Part shown: positions 1 through 8,808 of the stretch, in pieces
Layout: each line of letters begins with the position of its first letter
Numbering within the stretch: the first letter of the stretch is position 1
NCBI GenBank assembly: GCA_964573665.1
Contig: CAZNKI010000002.1
Location: 2,767 to 66,766, forward strand
Length of the DNA: 64,000 nucleotides
Reading direction: 5' to 3'
Origin: an uncultured Candidatus Cloacimonadota bacterium
Lineage (GTDB): Bacteria > Cloacimonadota > Cloacimonadia > Cloacimonadales > WRIO01
Program-made: the position numbers and the translations under genes
The notes under the pieces: model-generated
Databases searched by the model: none
Seen by the model: only the letters and a program-made list of their open reading frames with translations
Told to the model about the DNA's origin: nothing

Positions 1-1043
1 CTTATGTAAGTAATGAAAGTCAGGTTCTTGGCTTTAATATCTATCGTAATGGAGTGTTGTTGAATGAAGAACCTCATGGAGGTAATCTTTATATTGATTC
101 ATTATTAGTTAATGGGCTAAATTATTCTTATGCAGTAAGCGTTGTATATTATCAAGGCGAATCAGTATTATCAAATTCATTTGATTTTGTATTTTTGAAT
201 GCTCCTGATAGTTTAATTCTTATTCCTGGCGATTTATCCTGTACGCTTGAATGGGATGCCCCTGTGACAGAAACACGAGAACTTTTAGGTTATAATGTTT
301 ATCGTAACGATGTACAAATCAATGAGACAATCATCACAGAACCTCAGTATCAGGATCAGGATTTGGTAAATGGATTGATGTATATCTACCGAGTTCGTGC
401 GGTGTATTCGCAAGGAGAATCACTTTTTTCAGATTCTGTGAGTGTCGTATTTTTAGGTGCTCCAGAGAATTTAACTTCGCAATCTGGAGATGGTCAGGTT
501 CAGCTTAACTGGACTGCACCTGTAACAGGAACAGATATTAATCGGGAAAGAAGTTTATTAGGTTATAATGTATATCGTGATTCAGTTCAAATCAACAGTA
601 CTTTGGTATATGAAGAAAGCTATTTAGATCAGAGTGTTCAAAATGACAGCACTTATGCTTATTATGTCACAGCGGTTTATTCCATGGGAGAATCTGATGC
701 ATCGAATAGTGTCACTGGATCCCCTGAAGGACCCATTTCAAACGATCCTAATGAACAAGTGAATTTGCTTAATCAACTTTATGGTAATTATCCAAATCCA
801 TTTAACCCAAGTACAAAAATAGTCTGGTCTTTAAAAGATCACAGATCAGTGAACATCAGTATCTATAATGTTAAAGGTCAAAGAGTTAAGCAACTGGTAG
901 AGGGTACTTATTCAAAAGGTGAACATTCTGTTGTTTGGGATGGAAGTGATGATCAAAACAGATCGTTAAGTTCAGGGATTTATTACATCAAAATCAAAGC
1001 AGGAGATTATCAGCAGATTCGTAAATGTTTGATGATTAAATAA
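1..1043 (+). CDS. Secreted surface protein fragment (5' end outside window): tandem FN3-like repeats plus T9SS C-terminal sorting domain
   Basis: Frame 3 is open from base 3 (YVSNESQVLGFNIYRNG...), so the ORF-track start at 54 is internal. Three ~90-aa repeats share (V/L)LG(F/Y)N(I/V)YR...Y.Y.V.(A/V)VY..GES. The C-terminus NYPNPFNPSTKI...GIYYIKIKAG fits the Por/T9SS CTD pattern. Confidence 0.8.
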   Translation, partial: YVSNESQVLGFNIYRNGVLLNEEPHGGNLYIDSLLVNGLNYSYAVSVVYYQGESVLSNSFDFVFLNAPDSLILIPGDLSCTLEWDAPVTETRELLGYNVYRNDVQINETIITEPQYQDQDLVNGLMYIYRVRAVYSQGESLFSDSVSVVFLGAPENLTSQSGDGQVQLNWTAPVTGTDINRERSLLGYNVYRDSVQINSTLVYEESYLDQSVQNDSTYAYYVTAVYSMGESDASNSVTGSPEGPISNDPNEQVNLLNQLYGNYPNPFNPSTKIVWSLKDHRSVNISIYNVKGQRVKQLVEGTYSKGEHSVVWDGSDDQNRSLSSGIYYIKIKAGDYQQIRKCLMIK

Positions 1044-1063
1044 AATAATCAAGAAAAAAAATA

Positions 1064-1100
1064 ATGACCAGCATATTTTATGTTGGTCATTTTATATTTT
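1064..1100. terminator. Bidirectional rho-independent terminator between convergent genes
   Basis: Hairpin ATGACCAGCA / TGTTGGTCAT (1064-1073 / 1081-1090) with T-rich runs on both strands. Confidence 0.6.
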
Positions 1101-1140
1101 TAACTTGAGTTGAGCTGGCTCTAATACTAACTTGAGGTTC

Positions 1141-2274
1141 TTATGATTGATTAAGCGTCTCTTCTTTTTTGAAGTTTAGCAAGTTTTCAAAAACAAAATT
1201 TAGAGTACGTTTGTGGTGATACTCTTTCAAAAGTTTCATATTGTCTTCAAGTAACTCATCCAGTTTATCAAAGACTTTCTGATTTCCATTGCCTTGGTAA
1301 GCGTTTAAATTATTTTCAAAATCTGGAAGCATATAAAGAAAAGCTGAAATGATGCGATGGTCAAGCGAACTCATATTTAATCCAAAGCCCAGTTCTTCTG
1401 CTACAATGCCATTAAATTCCTGCTCAAACTGGCCTTTCATTGGCACTGTCAGATAAGGTATTTTCAGATAAAAGGCTTCACTGAGGAGCGTAAATCCACT
1501 GGTTGCAATGACTGCTTTGGCAGAAGCCAGATCTTTTAAGAATTCTGTTGCTGAAGGACTTTTAAATTGCATGTGCTGATCATCTGTTTTAGTTAATTGA
1601 CCATAGATGATAAAGTTTTCACGTTTAAAGGTTTGAAGTGTTTTAATCAATGAGTCATAGCCTTGTGTGAGGTAAACCAGTATGTGATTTTCTTTGTTGG
1701 GTTGAATATTAACAATTTCTTCTCTCAGAATGGGTGGAGTCACGTATGACCTGTTATTTTTCAACGGTTTTTCATAAAAGCTGGTGATAATCGAATAACA
1801 GGGGCGAGGAATCATTGAGCGAATGATGTTTTCAGTAAGAAGCGCAGAACTTAAAAGTTCGTTAGGGTATTTAAATTCCATATATCTAAGACTATGTTGA
1901 TTATCTAAAGATATCAGAGGGATCCTGTAAAAGTTAGCAAGGTAAGCGCTAATGGGTTCAAAATCAGTTATCACACAATCGGGTTTGAAGTCTTCGAATA
2001 TTTCTTTTTTAAAAGTGTTAAGTTTTAGTTGCGCTTGTGGAATGGTACTCAGATTATGTGCAAGTGTTTTAGATTTTGATACCTGATTATCAATTGTAAC
2101 AATAGTTAAACCGATTAATTCGAACACAGGATAAACATTTTTAAAGTTTTCTATTCCTCTACCATAGGTGGCAAGTTTAATATCATGATTTTGTTTCAAC
2201 AAGTGATTGATCACTACTTTTGCTCGGGAAGAATGTCCAGATCCTTCACCAGAGAATGCGTACAGAATTTTCAT
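1141..2274 (-). CDS. Glycosyltransferase, MurG-like GT-B fold (GT28/GT1 superfamily)
   Basis: N-terminal glycine-rich loop MKILYAFSGEGSGHSSR and a C-terminal ATSGFTLLSEA...EQE.N segment typical of MurG-like/MJ1255-like transferases. Confidence 0.65.
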   Translation of the reverse strand: MKILYAFSGEGSGHSSRAKVVINHLLKQNHDIKLATYGRGIENFKNVYPVFELIGLTIVTIDNQVSKSKTLAHNLSTIPQAQLKLNTFKKEIFEDFKPDCVITDFEPISAYLANFYRIPLISLDNQHSLRYMEFKYPNELLSSALLTENIIRSMIPRPCYSIITSFYEKPLKNNRSYVTPPILREEIVNIQPNKENHILVYLTQGYDSLIKTLQTFKRENFIIYGQLTKTDDQHMQFKSPSATEFLKDLASAKAVIATSGFTLLSEAFYLKIPYLTVPMKGQFEQEFNGIVAEELGFGLNMSSLDHRIISAFLYMLPDFENNLNAYQGNGNQKVFDKLDELLEDNMKLLKEYHHKRTLNFVFENLLNFKKEETLNQS

Positions 2275-2286
2275 ATTAATCCTTAA

Positions 2287-3537
2287 TCATGTTTTGAGTT
2301 TTTTCTTTTCTGCTGCAGGGAAGAGGACATTATTAAGAATCAAGCGATAGCCTGGTGAGTTTTTATGTAAATCTAATACAGTTTCAGGGTCACCGATTTT
2401 ATGCTGATAATCTTCTGGGTCATGACCTCCGTAGAAAGTAAAGGTTCCTTTTCCGAAATTGCCGTGTATATATTTTACTTCTTCAGCTCCTGGAGTTTCT
2501 CCTAATATTATGACGTTCTTTTTTAAGTATTGTTTTTTAAATGAGGTGGTTTGTCCAAGGAATCCATTGACTCCGTTGATATGATTTTGAATGAGCATTG
2601 TTGGTACTGGGTCGTATTTTGCAGAGAAATCAAAGAGCTGGAAATAATCGCCATCTGCTCCTCTGAGTTGAGCGTAATTACTTGCATCAATTGATGAAAA
2701 TTCATAGACATAAGGGTTTGTGATGATATCGAAGTTTTCAAAGGCAAAGGTTCTTGAGAAATCTAATTTATTTTTGTAGTTTGGATCAATGCCATCTCCA
2801 TCAAAGACAGGATCACAAATATCGACCATATAGGCTGCAATGGCGATGTCAATGGTATCAATTGCACCACACATGGCAAAAAGGAAGCCGCCATTTGTGA
2901 CGAATTCTCTGATCTTGTTTGCCACTTCGTGTTTCATTTGCCACACTTTTTTATAACCTAATCTGGAAGCCATTTGTTCATTGGTTCGTACTTCTTCTAT
3001 GTACCATGGTGCATTTCGGTAAGAACCATAAAACTTGCCGTATTGACCTGTGAAATCTTCATGATGCAAGTGTATCCAGTCATAATCTTTTAATTTTCCC
3101 TGAAGAACTTCTTCATCCCATATCTTGTCATAATCAATGTCTGCATAGGTTAAAGCGAGAGTTACCGCATCATCCCAAGGGTTAGCATTTGGTGGTGTGT
3201 AAATAGCTATTTTGGGTTCTTTCTCCAATGTGATGACTTCCATGTTGTTGGCATTCATTTCGTCGTTGATGGTCATAATGTCCTGAGCAGAAATCACTTC
3301 AAAAGAGACACCTCTGATGTTGCATTCTGAGCGATAGACAGGAGAATCTTTGATGATAAATGATCCACCTCGATAGTTCAACAACCATTTCACATTGCTG
3401 GCATCCTTCACGGATTTGAAAGCAACTCCATAAGCTTTGAGATGATTGCTTTGTGTCTGATCCATGGGAATAAGTAATTCTGCTGTGAGAGATTGAATTA
3501 AGATTAGTATTATAAAGAAGAAGATTGTTTTTTTCAT
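2287..3537 (-). CDS. Secreted conserved protein of unknown function (possible class-I glutamine-amidotransferase-like/ThuA-like fold)
   Basis: Clear N-terminal signal peptide. An internal GGFLFAMCGAIDT segment resembles a nucleophile-elbow motif. Long uninterrupted ORF in an operon with hemW and the GT. The function call is weak. Confidence 0.4.
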   Translation of the reverse strand: MKKTIFFFIILILIQSLTAELLIPMDQTQSNHLKAYGVAFKSVKDASNVKWLLNYRGGSFIIKDSPVYRSECNIRGVSFEVISAQDIMTINDEMNANNMEVITLEKEPKIAIYTPPNANPWDDAVTLALTYADIDYDKIWDEEVLQGKLKDYDWIHLHHEDFTGQYGKFYGSYRNAPWYIEEVRTNEQMASRLGYKKVWQMKHEVANKIREFVTNGGFLFAMCGAIDTIDIAIAAYMVDICDPVFDGDGIDPNYKNKLDFSRTFAFENFDIITNPYVYEFSSIDASNYAQLRGADGDYFQLFDFSAKYDPVPTMLIQNHINGVNGFLGQTTSFKKQYLKKNVIILGETPGAEEVKYIHGNFGKGTFTFYGGHDPEDYQHKIGDPETVLDLHKNSPGYRLILNNVLFPAAEKKKLKT

Positions 3538-3546
3538 AAAAGCTCC

Positions 3547-4674
3547 TTATATAAAATCAGCCAGTATTTCATTTGAAATCAGGTAAGCATTTGGCTTTAT
3601 CGTTAGATGATTATTATTGATTACTATCATTTCTAATGATAAGTATTTGTCGATCACTTTTTTGTATTCTGTGAGAAAATCATGCTTGAATGTATGATTA
3701 AAATCATCAATATCAATGCCTTCATAGGTTCTAAGACGAGTGATGATGTACTCGTCGATCATATCTTTACCTGTGAGCTTTTGCATTATTTGTTGATAGT
3801 TTTTTTTGAGGATAATTTGTCTATATTCGTCGAAAGATTCTGGGTGGGTCATGCGATACTCTCCGATGTAAGAGGCTGCTGAAGGACCTGCTCCAAGATA
3901 ATATTTTCCTGTCCAATATGCATAATTATGTTTAGATATCTGCTGGTTTAAGGCGAAATTTGAATATTCGTATTGCAGGTAATTGTTTTTGTTTAATAAA
4001 TCAAGTGCTGAAAAGTACATTTTATGAATCAGATCATCTTCTGGTAATTGGTCAATATCTTGATGTAATGGCACTTGATCATCGAGGGATAAGCAGTAGA
4101 AGGAGATGTGCGGGATGTTTTTTTGAATGCAATAATTCAGATCTGAGAGAAAATCTTCAGTTGTTTGCCCTGGAATCCCGTATATCAGATCGATGGAGTA
4201 ATTAGAAAAGCCACTATCGACAATCAGATCTATTGCATTCTTTGCACAGTTCTCATCGTGAATTCTACCCAGATAGTTTAGCAGGTGATTTTGAAAAGAC
4301 TGAATACCACCACTGATGCGGTTGATGCCTATTTTTTTGTAATCTAACAGTTTGTCTTTTGAAAGACTATTTGGGTTGCATTCTATAGTGATCTCTTCGC
4401 AATCAGACAGATCTAAAATGGAGCAGATTTTTTGTAGATGATCAATTGAGAGCAGAGAGGGTGTTCCTCCACCAAAGTATAAGGTTTTTAAATTGAGATG
4501 ATAGTTTGCTTTGTAATATGATAATTCATTGATCAGAAGAGAAACATACTCGTCAATGGCATCTTCTGAGAAAGGTAATGAAAAGAATGAGCAGTAGCCA
4601 CATTTTTTAACACAGAAAGGGATATGGATATAAAGATGAGGGATTACTTTATGATTCTGAATGAGCGATCCCAT
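3547..4674 (-). CDS. hemW: Radical SAM heme chaperone / coproporphyrinogen-III oxidase-like protein (HemW/HemN family)
   Basis: CxxxCxxC radical-SAM motif (CVKKCGYCSF) 20 aa from the N-terminus, a GGGTPS motif, and a HemN_C-like tail. Its start overlaps the lepB 3' end by 31 nt. Confidence 0.85.
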   Translation of the reverse strand: MGSLIQNHKVIPHLYIHIPFCVKKCGYCSFFSLPFSEDAIDEYVSLLINELSYYKANYHLNLKTLYFGGGTPSLLSIDHLQKICSILDLSDCEEITIECNPNSLSKDKLLDYKKIGINRISGGIQSFQNHLLNYLGRIHDENCAKNAIDLIVDSGFSNYSIDLIYGIPGQTTEDFLSDLNYCIQKNIPHISFYCLSLDDQVPLHQDIDQLPEDDLIHKMYFSALDLLNKNNYLQYEYSNFALNQQISKHNYAYWTGKYYLGAGPSAASYIGEYRMTHPESFDEYRQIILKKNYQQIMQKLTGKDMIDEYIITRLRTYEGIDIDDFNHTFKHDFLTEYKKVIDKYLSLEMIVINNNHLTIKPNAYLISNEILADFI

Positions 4675-5378
4675 CTGTTTTCACCCTCTTCAGATTTTGA
4701 GAAGAAGATAAGAAGTGGTGTGCCAGTGATATCTTTTCTGTCTAAGAAACCCCAATAACGGCTGTCAGCACTCAAGTCTCGATTGTCTCCCATGACGAAG
4801 TATTTGCCTTTTGGTACTACAACTGGACCAAAATTATCTCTTGAACCGATGACTTCATTCTTCTGTTCTTTAGCTAAGTCAGGTGTCCATTGGATGTGTG
4901 AATATTCACGGGGGATGATTCTATAATCAAGGTATTGTTCATATTCTTTATCAAATAATTGCCCATTGATATATACTTCTTTATCTTTAATTTCGACAGT
5001 ATCACCAGGCATTCCAATGACTCTTTTTACTACATTCTTTTTTTCATACCAGGTGAAAAAGTTTTTATCTTTATCCCAATATACTGGAGGGATGAGCTTA
5101 ATAAATTGCTCGCGTGGTTCAGGTTCAATCGGATCAGCGGGATATCTAAAGGTGACTATATCTTCTCTTTTGGGTTCAGTGAAGAAGTATTTCATTTTAT
5201 TCGCAACGAGATAATCGCCGATGAGTAAGGTTGATTCCATAGAGGAGGTAGGGATTTTGAAATTTTGAAAGGTATAATTTCTAATGACCATAGCTACGAC
5301 AAAAGCCCATAAGATTGCTTCAACCCAATCCTGTATTGTATTTTTTCTAATTTTAATTGTTTTCTCTTTATTTTTCAT
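4644..5378 (-). CDS. lepB: Signal peptidase I (S26 family)
   Basis: N-terminal TM anchor, catalytic Ser box PTSSMESTL, and a GDNRDLSADSRYWGF box. Confidence 0.9.
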   Translation of the reverse strand: MKNKEKTIKIRKNTIQDWVEAILWAFVVAMVIRNYTFQNFKIPTSSMESTLLIGDYLVANKMKYFFTEPKREDIVTFRYPADPIEPEPREQFIKLIPPVYWDKDKNFFTWYEKKNVVKRVIGMPGDTVEIKDKEVYINGQLFDKEYEQYLDYRIIPREYSHIQWTPDLAKEQKNEVIGSRDNFGPVVVPKGKYFVMGDNRDLSADSRYWGFLDRKDITGTPLLIFFSKSEEGENRWDRSFRIIK

Positions 5379-5693
5379 ACTAACTCCATGATAAACAACT
5401 CATCATATTAATATTTATTACGAAATATTCGCTCTCTATATTTGTCAAGAACAATTTGCTGGGAGGCGGTTGATGAAAGATCAGGTGCTTTGTAATGGGG
5501 ATTGGCATATTAATTGCACAGTTATCATATCAGAAATAGTGTGAGATAAAGTTTAATCTGCTGATATAAAAGGTAGCAGATTGAGAATTGATAATATTGA
5601 TTCATCTGGAACAATTTGAATCAATATAAGAAACTAAAAGATTAGAAAGAATAAATTGATACAAAAAAGATCAAAAGTTATAAAGGAGTGCTT

Positions 5694-7073
5694 ATGTTAG
5701 ATAAGAAATTAGCTGAAAAGGTGTTGGATCATGCCTTATCCAATGGAGCAGATTTTGCCGAAATATTTATGGAAGACACTTTAAGTTCCACGATCCGTTA
5801 TTTTGATCAGAAGACGCAAAAGTCAATCGCTGGAAAGACTATTGGCGCTGGAGTACGCGTGTTTTTTGGTCATACTGTTATTTATGCATTTACCAATGAT
5901 TTAAGTGAGGAGAGTTTACTTAAAACAGCTCATGCTGCAGGGTATGCATTAAAGGGCAGTACAAGTCAACATCATTTTGATTTGAGAAATCAGGCGATGA
6001 TCAGTCAGCATCCATTTATTCACCATATGAGCGACATCAGAAAGAGTGAAAAGGTTGATTTTATGAGAAAAATCGATCAAGCTGCACGTGCGCATCATCA
6101 ACAAATTGTTCAAGCTGATATCAGTATCTTAGAAAGAAATCAGAAAGTGCTGATCGTGAACTCAGAAGGATTATGGGCTGAAGACGAACGAAGATATTCA
6201 AGAGTTTATGCATCTGTTATTGCTTCTAATGGCAGTGAAATGCAGACAGGTGGTGAAGCTCCCGGAGCACTTAAAGGTTATGAACATTTTAATGCATTAG
6301 ATCCTCAGCAATTAGGTCATGATGCTGCGAAAATGGCAGTGACGATGTTGCATGCAGACTATGTCAGCGGAGGTCAGTATCCTGTTGTAATTGATAATGG
6401 GTTTGGTGGTGTCATATTCCATGAAGCTTGCGGTCATTCATTAGAAACGACATCAGTGGCTACTGGCGCATCTGTATTTTGCGGGAAGATGGGAGAAATG
6501 ATTGCACATCCTTCCGTAACTGCAATAGATGACGGAACTATGCCTAATCATTGGGGCTCAAGCAATATCGATGATGAAGGTAATCCAACACAAAAAACGG
6601 TGCTCATAGAAAATGGAGTATTAAAATCATACATCGTTGATAAAATCGGCGGAATGAAGATGGGATTAGCAATTACAGGTAGTGGCAGAAGAGAGTCTTA
6701 TGCCTTTGCTCCTACATCACGCATGAGAAACACCTATATTGCTAATGGCGTTCATACATTAGATGAGTTAATTTCTTCAGTTGATTATGGAATTTATGCT
6801 AAGAAAATGGGTGGAGGATCTGTTTCAACAGGAACAGGAAACTTCAACTTTGCAGTGGGAGAAGGATATTTAATTGAAAAAGGAAAGATAAGCAAAGCAA
6901 TTCGCGGAGCAACATTGATAGGCAATGGTGCTGAAGCTTTGCATAAAGTTTCTATGGTTGCCAATAATCTTGCATTGGCAGAAGGCAACTGTGGCTCAAC
7001 GAGTGGATATGTACCAACCTGTGTGGGACAACCAGCGATAAAAATTGATGAAATCCTTGTGGGTGGAAGATAG
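5694..7073 (+). CDS. tldD: Metalloprotease TldD
   Basis: HEACGH zinc motif, GSSN(I/V)DDEG and VLIENGVLKSY segments. AAGGAG lies 5 nt upstream of the ATG at 5694; the ORF-track GTG at 5688 sits inside the SD. Confidence 0.9.
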   Translation: MLDKKLAEKVLDHALSNGADFAEIFMEDTLSSTIRYFDQKTQKSIAGKTIGAGVRVFFGHTVIYAFTNDLSEESLLKTAHAAGYALKGSTSQHHFDLRNQAMISQHPFIHHMSDIRKSEKVDFMRKIDQAARAHHQQIVQADISILERNQKVLIVNSEGLWAEDERRYSRVYASVIASNGSEMQTGGEAPGALKGYEHFNALDPQQLGHDAAKMAVTMLHADYVSGGQYPVVIDNGFGGVIFHEACGHSLETTSVATGASVFCGKMGEMIAHPSVTAIDDGTMPNHWGSSNIDDEGNPTQKTVLIENGVLKSYIVDKIGGMKMGLAITGSGRRESYAFAPTSRMRNTYIANGVHTLDELISSVDYGIYAKKMGGGSVSTGTGNFNFAVGEGYLIEKGKISKAIRGATLIGNGAEALHKVSMVANNLALAEGNCGSTSGYVPTCVGQPAIKIDEILVGGR

Positions 7074-7076
7074 GAG

Positions 7077-8414
7077 ATGAAAATGTACGATCAAGAATGT
7101 AAATTAATATTAGATTATGCGAAAGCACATGTGGATGATATCGATATCGTATTATCTGAAAACACAAGTTTTACAGTCCAAATTTTAAATCAAGAGATTG
7201 AATCATTTAAGCATTCAAAATTGAGAGGATTAGGGATTCGTATATCCAAGAATGGGAAAATCGGTTACTCGTTTTCAGAGGATTTTTCAGAAAATGTGTT
7301 ACTGAACTTAGTTAACGAAGCGATTGAAAATAGCTTAATAATTGAGAATGATGAAAAAGCAATCTTTGCCAACTATCCAGATGTACCTATGGATTTTTCA
7401 ATTTATAATGAAACACTATCTCAATATGACGAGAATGATAAGATACAGTTTGTTAAAGATATGGAACGTTATGCTTATGAGGCAGATCCCAGAGTCAAGA
7501 ATGTGTCAATGTCCACTTATGGAGAATACAGCACTTACTATAAAGTCGCTAACAGCAAGGGCATGAATAAAGATTATTTGATGAATGGCGCATACGCTTA
7601 CACTAATGTCCTTGTGGAAGAAGATGGTGATCGTAGAAGTGCCGTAGATTTTATGAATTCACGCGATTTTGCATCTTTTAATGCGAAGGCAATTGCTTTG
7701 TATGCTGTAAATAAAGCGTTATCATTACTTGGAAAACATAAGATAGAAAGTGGTTCATATCCAGTAGTATTCAGTAATGAAATGTCTTCAACATTATTAG
7801 GCACATTTACAGAAATATTTGGTGCAGATAAAGTTCATGAAGGACGTTCATTGCTTAAAGGAAAATTGAATACACAAATTGCAAATCCAAATGTAAGTAT
7901 CATTGATCATGCAAGAGATCCAAGAGGATTCTCCAGTGTTCCATTTGACAGTGAAGGGTGTCCTACTCAACGTACTGTTCTGATAGAAAATGGTGTTTTA
8001 AAGAGCTATTTACATAATTCGATTACTGCAGAAGAAGATGGAGTTATTTCCACTGGCAATGGATCACGAAGTTACAAGAGCAGTTTAAGTATCAACCCTT
8101 CGAATTTTATGCTTCAGCCAGGTTCCTATAAGAAGGAAGATTTGTTGAAATCATCTGATTGCTTGATTGAGATCATTTCATTGGCAGGAATGCATTCTGG
8201 AGCTAATACCACATCTGGAGACTTCTCGTTATCAGCTGAAGGATATTTATATGAAAAGGGAGTAAGAGTGGGTTCATTAACTCCATTTACTATCTCTGGC
8301 AATTTTGTTGATTTACTCAATAAAGTGGAAATGATTGCAGATGATTTTGAATATGATTCTTCATCAGTTGGTTCATCATCAATTCTTGTTCAATCATTAA
8401 ATATTAGTTCATAA
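7077..8414 (+). CDS. pmbA: TldD partner protein PmbA/TldE
   Basis: Paralogous to the preceding ORF (shared TVLIENGVLKSY) but lacks HExxxH. The ATG at 7083 has better spacing to AGGAG (7072-7076) and may be the true start. Confidence 0.85.
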   Translation: MKMYDQECKLILDYAKAHVDDIDIVLSENTSFTVQILNQEIESFKHSKLRGLGIRISKNGKIGYSFSEDFSENVLLNLVNEAIENSLIIENDEKAIFANYPDVPMDFSIYNETLSQYDENDKIQFVKDMERYAYEADPRVKNVSMSTYGEYSTYYKVANSKGMNKDYLMNGAYAYTNVLVEEDGDRRSAVDFMNSRDFASFNAKAIALYAVNKALSLLGKHKIESGSYPVVFSNEMSSTLLGTFTEIFGADKVHEGRSLLKGKLNTQIANPNVSIIDHARDPRGFSSVPFDSEGCPTQRTVLIENGVLKSYLHNSITAEEDGVISTGNGSRSYKSSLSINPSNFMLQPGSYKKEDLLKSSDCLIEIISLAGMHSGANTTSGDFSLSAEGYLYEKGVRVGSLTPFTISGNFVDLLNKVEMIADDFEYDSSSVGSSSILVQSLNISS

Positions 8415-8435
8415 CCGGGTCATAAAAAATACAGT

Positions 8436-8470
8436 AAGCAGAGGCATTTATTGTCTCTGCTTTTTTATTG
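8436..8470 (+). terminator. Rho-independent terminator after pmbA
   Basis: Stem GCAGAGGCA / TGTCTCTGC (8438-8446 / 8452-8460) followed by TTTTTTATT. Confidence 0.75.
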
Positions 8471-8571
8471 TTTTTAGGGACTTTTTTTACTATATTTATC
8501 TTTTAACTCACATTTTTATAAGTCTATATATTACAGGCAGATCGCTCGCTTGACTCTGGTTTGCCTCCTTC

Positions 8572-8588
8572 TTCTATCCTGTAGAAAA
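8572..8588 (+). repeat. Interspersed repeat A, core copy 1 (TTCTATCCTGTAGAAAA)
   Basis: Exact 17-mer shared with 26097, 35891 and 53889. Forms a TTCTA/TAGAA stem with a TCCTG loop. Intergenic between pmbA and smpB. Confidence 0.9.
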
Positions 8589-8689
8589 CTCATTAGAAGA
8601 AGAATAAATTAAGGAAGTCTTTTTTTTATAAAATGAGTGAATGAGGGAGAGATATAATTGATCTATTTAAATAATCGAATAACAAAAGC

Positions 8690-8717
8690 TTGACAAAGTA
8701 AAAGAACGCACTATGAT
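8690..8717 (+). promoter_or_regulatory. Candidate sigma70-type promoter for smpB
   Basis: TTGACA (8690-8695), 16-nt spacer, TATGAT (8712-8717), about 90 nt upstream of the smpB ATG. Confidence 0.5.
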
Positions 8718-8808
8718 TCATCTTAAGAGAAAAAAAGCTTTACAAAAAGTGACAGAAAGTATTTTTTGTCTCTTATAATTCAATTAGTTATAAAAATAGA
8801 AGGATCAG

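Noticed and set aside
24-830. Periodic ~270-nt repetition at the start of the window, checked as a possible CRISPR or tandem DNA repeat.
   Set aside because: The repeats are in-frame FN3-like protein domains that have diverged at nucleotide level. There are no short identical repeats with unique spacers. No CRISPR-like array exists anywhere in the window.
2523-2747. Short ORFs nested inside or antisense to long, well-supported genes. Examples: 2523-2747, 3682-3882, 3960-4205, 4959-5228, 6794-7167, 12580-13132, 18828-19127, 21045-21377, 37187-37441, 38045-38374, 48381-49013, 51389-51895, 63438-63923.
   Set aside because: Each lies entirely within a longer ORF that has clear family motifs. They have low-complexity or hydrophobic junk-like translations and no ribosome-binding sites. 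They are typical shadow ORFs.
8572-8588. Repeat A core interpreted as a transcription-factor operator (inverted repeat TTCTA-N5-TAGAA).
   Set aside because: It is not adopted as the main explanation for three reasons. One copy lies between convergent gene ends with no promoter to regulate. All copies share one strand orientation. The 5-nt spacer and 3' AAAA are invariant, which a symmetric operator does not require. It is not formally excluded.
8415-8808. Looked for the tmRNA gene (ssrA) in the 394-nt spacer upstream of smpB.
   Set aside because: There is no tRNA-like acceptor/T-arm (GGTTCGA-type T-loop with a 3' CCA), no tag reading frame, and no GGGG-type 5' end. The spacer holds only a terminator, repeat A copy 1 and promoter-like boxes.
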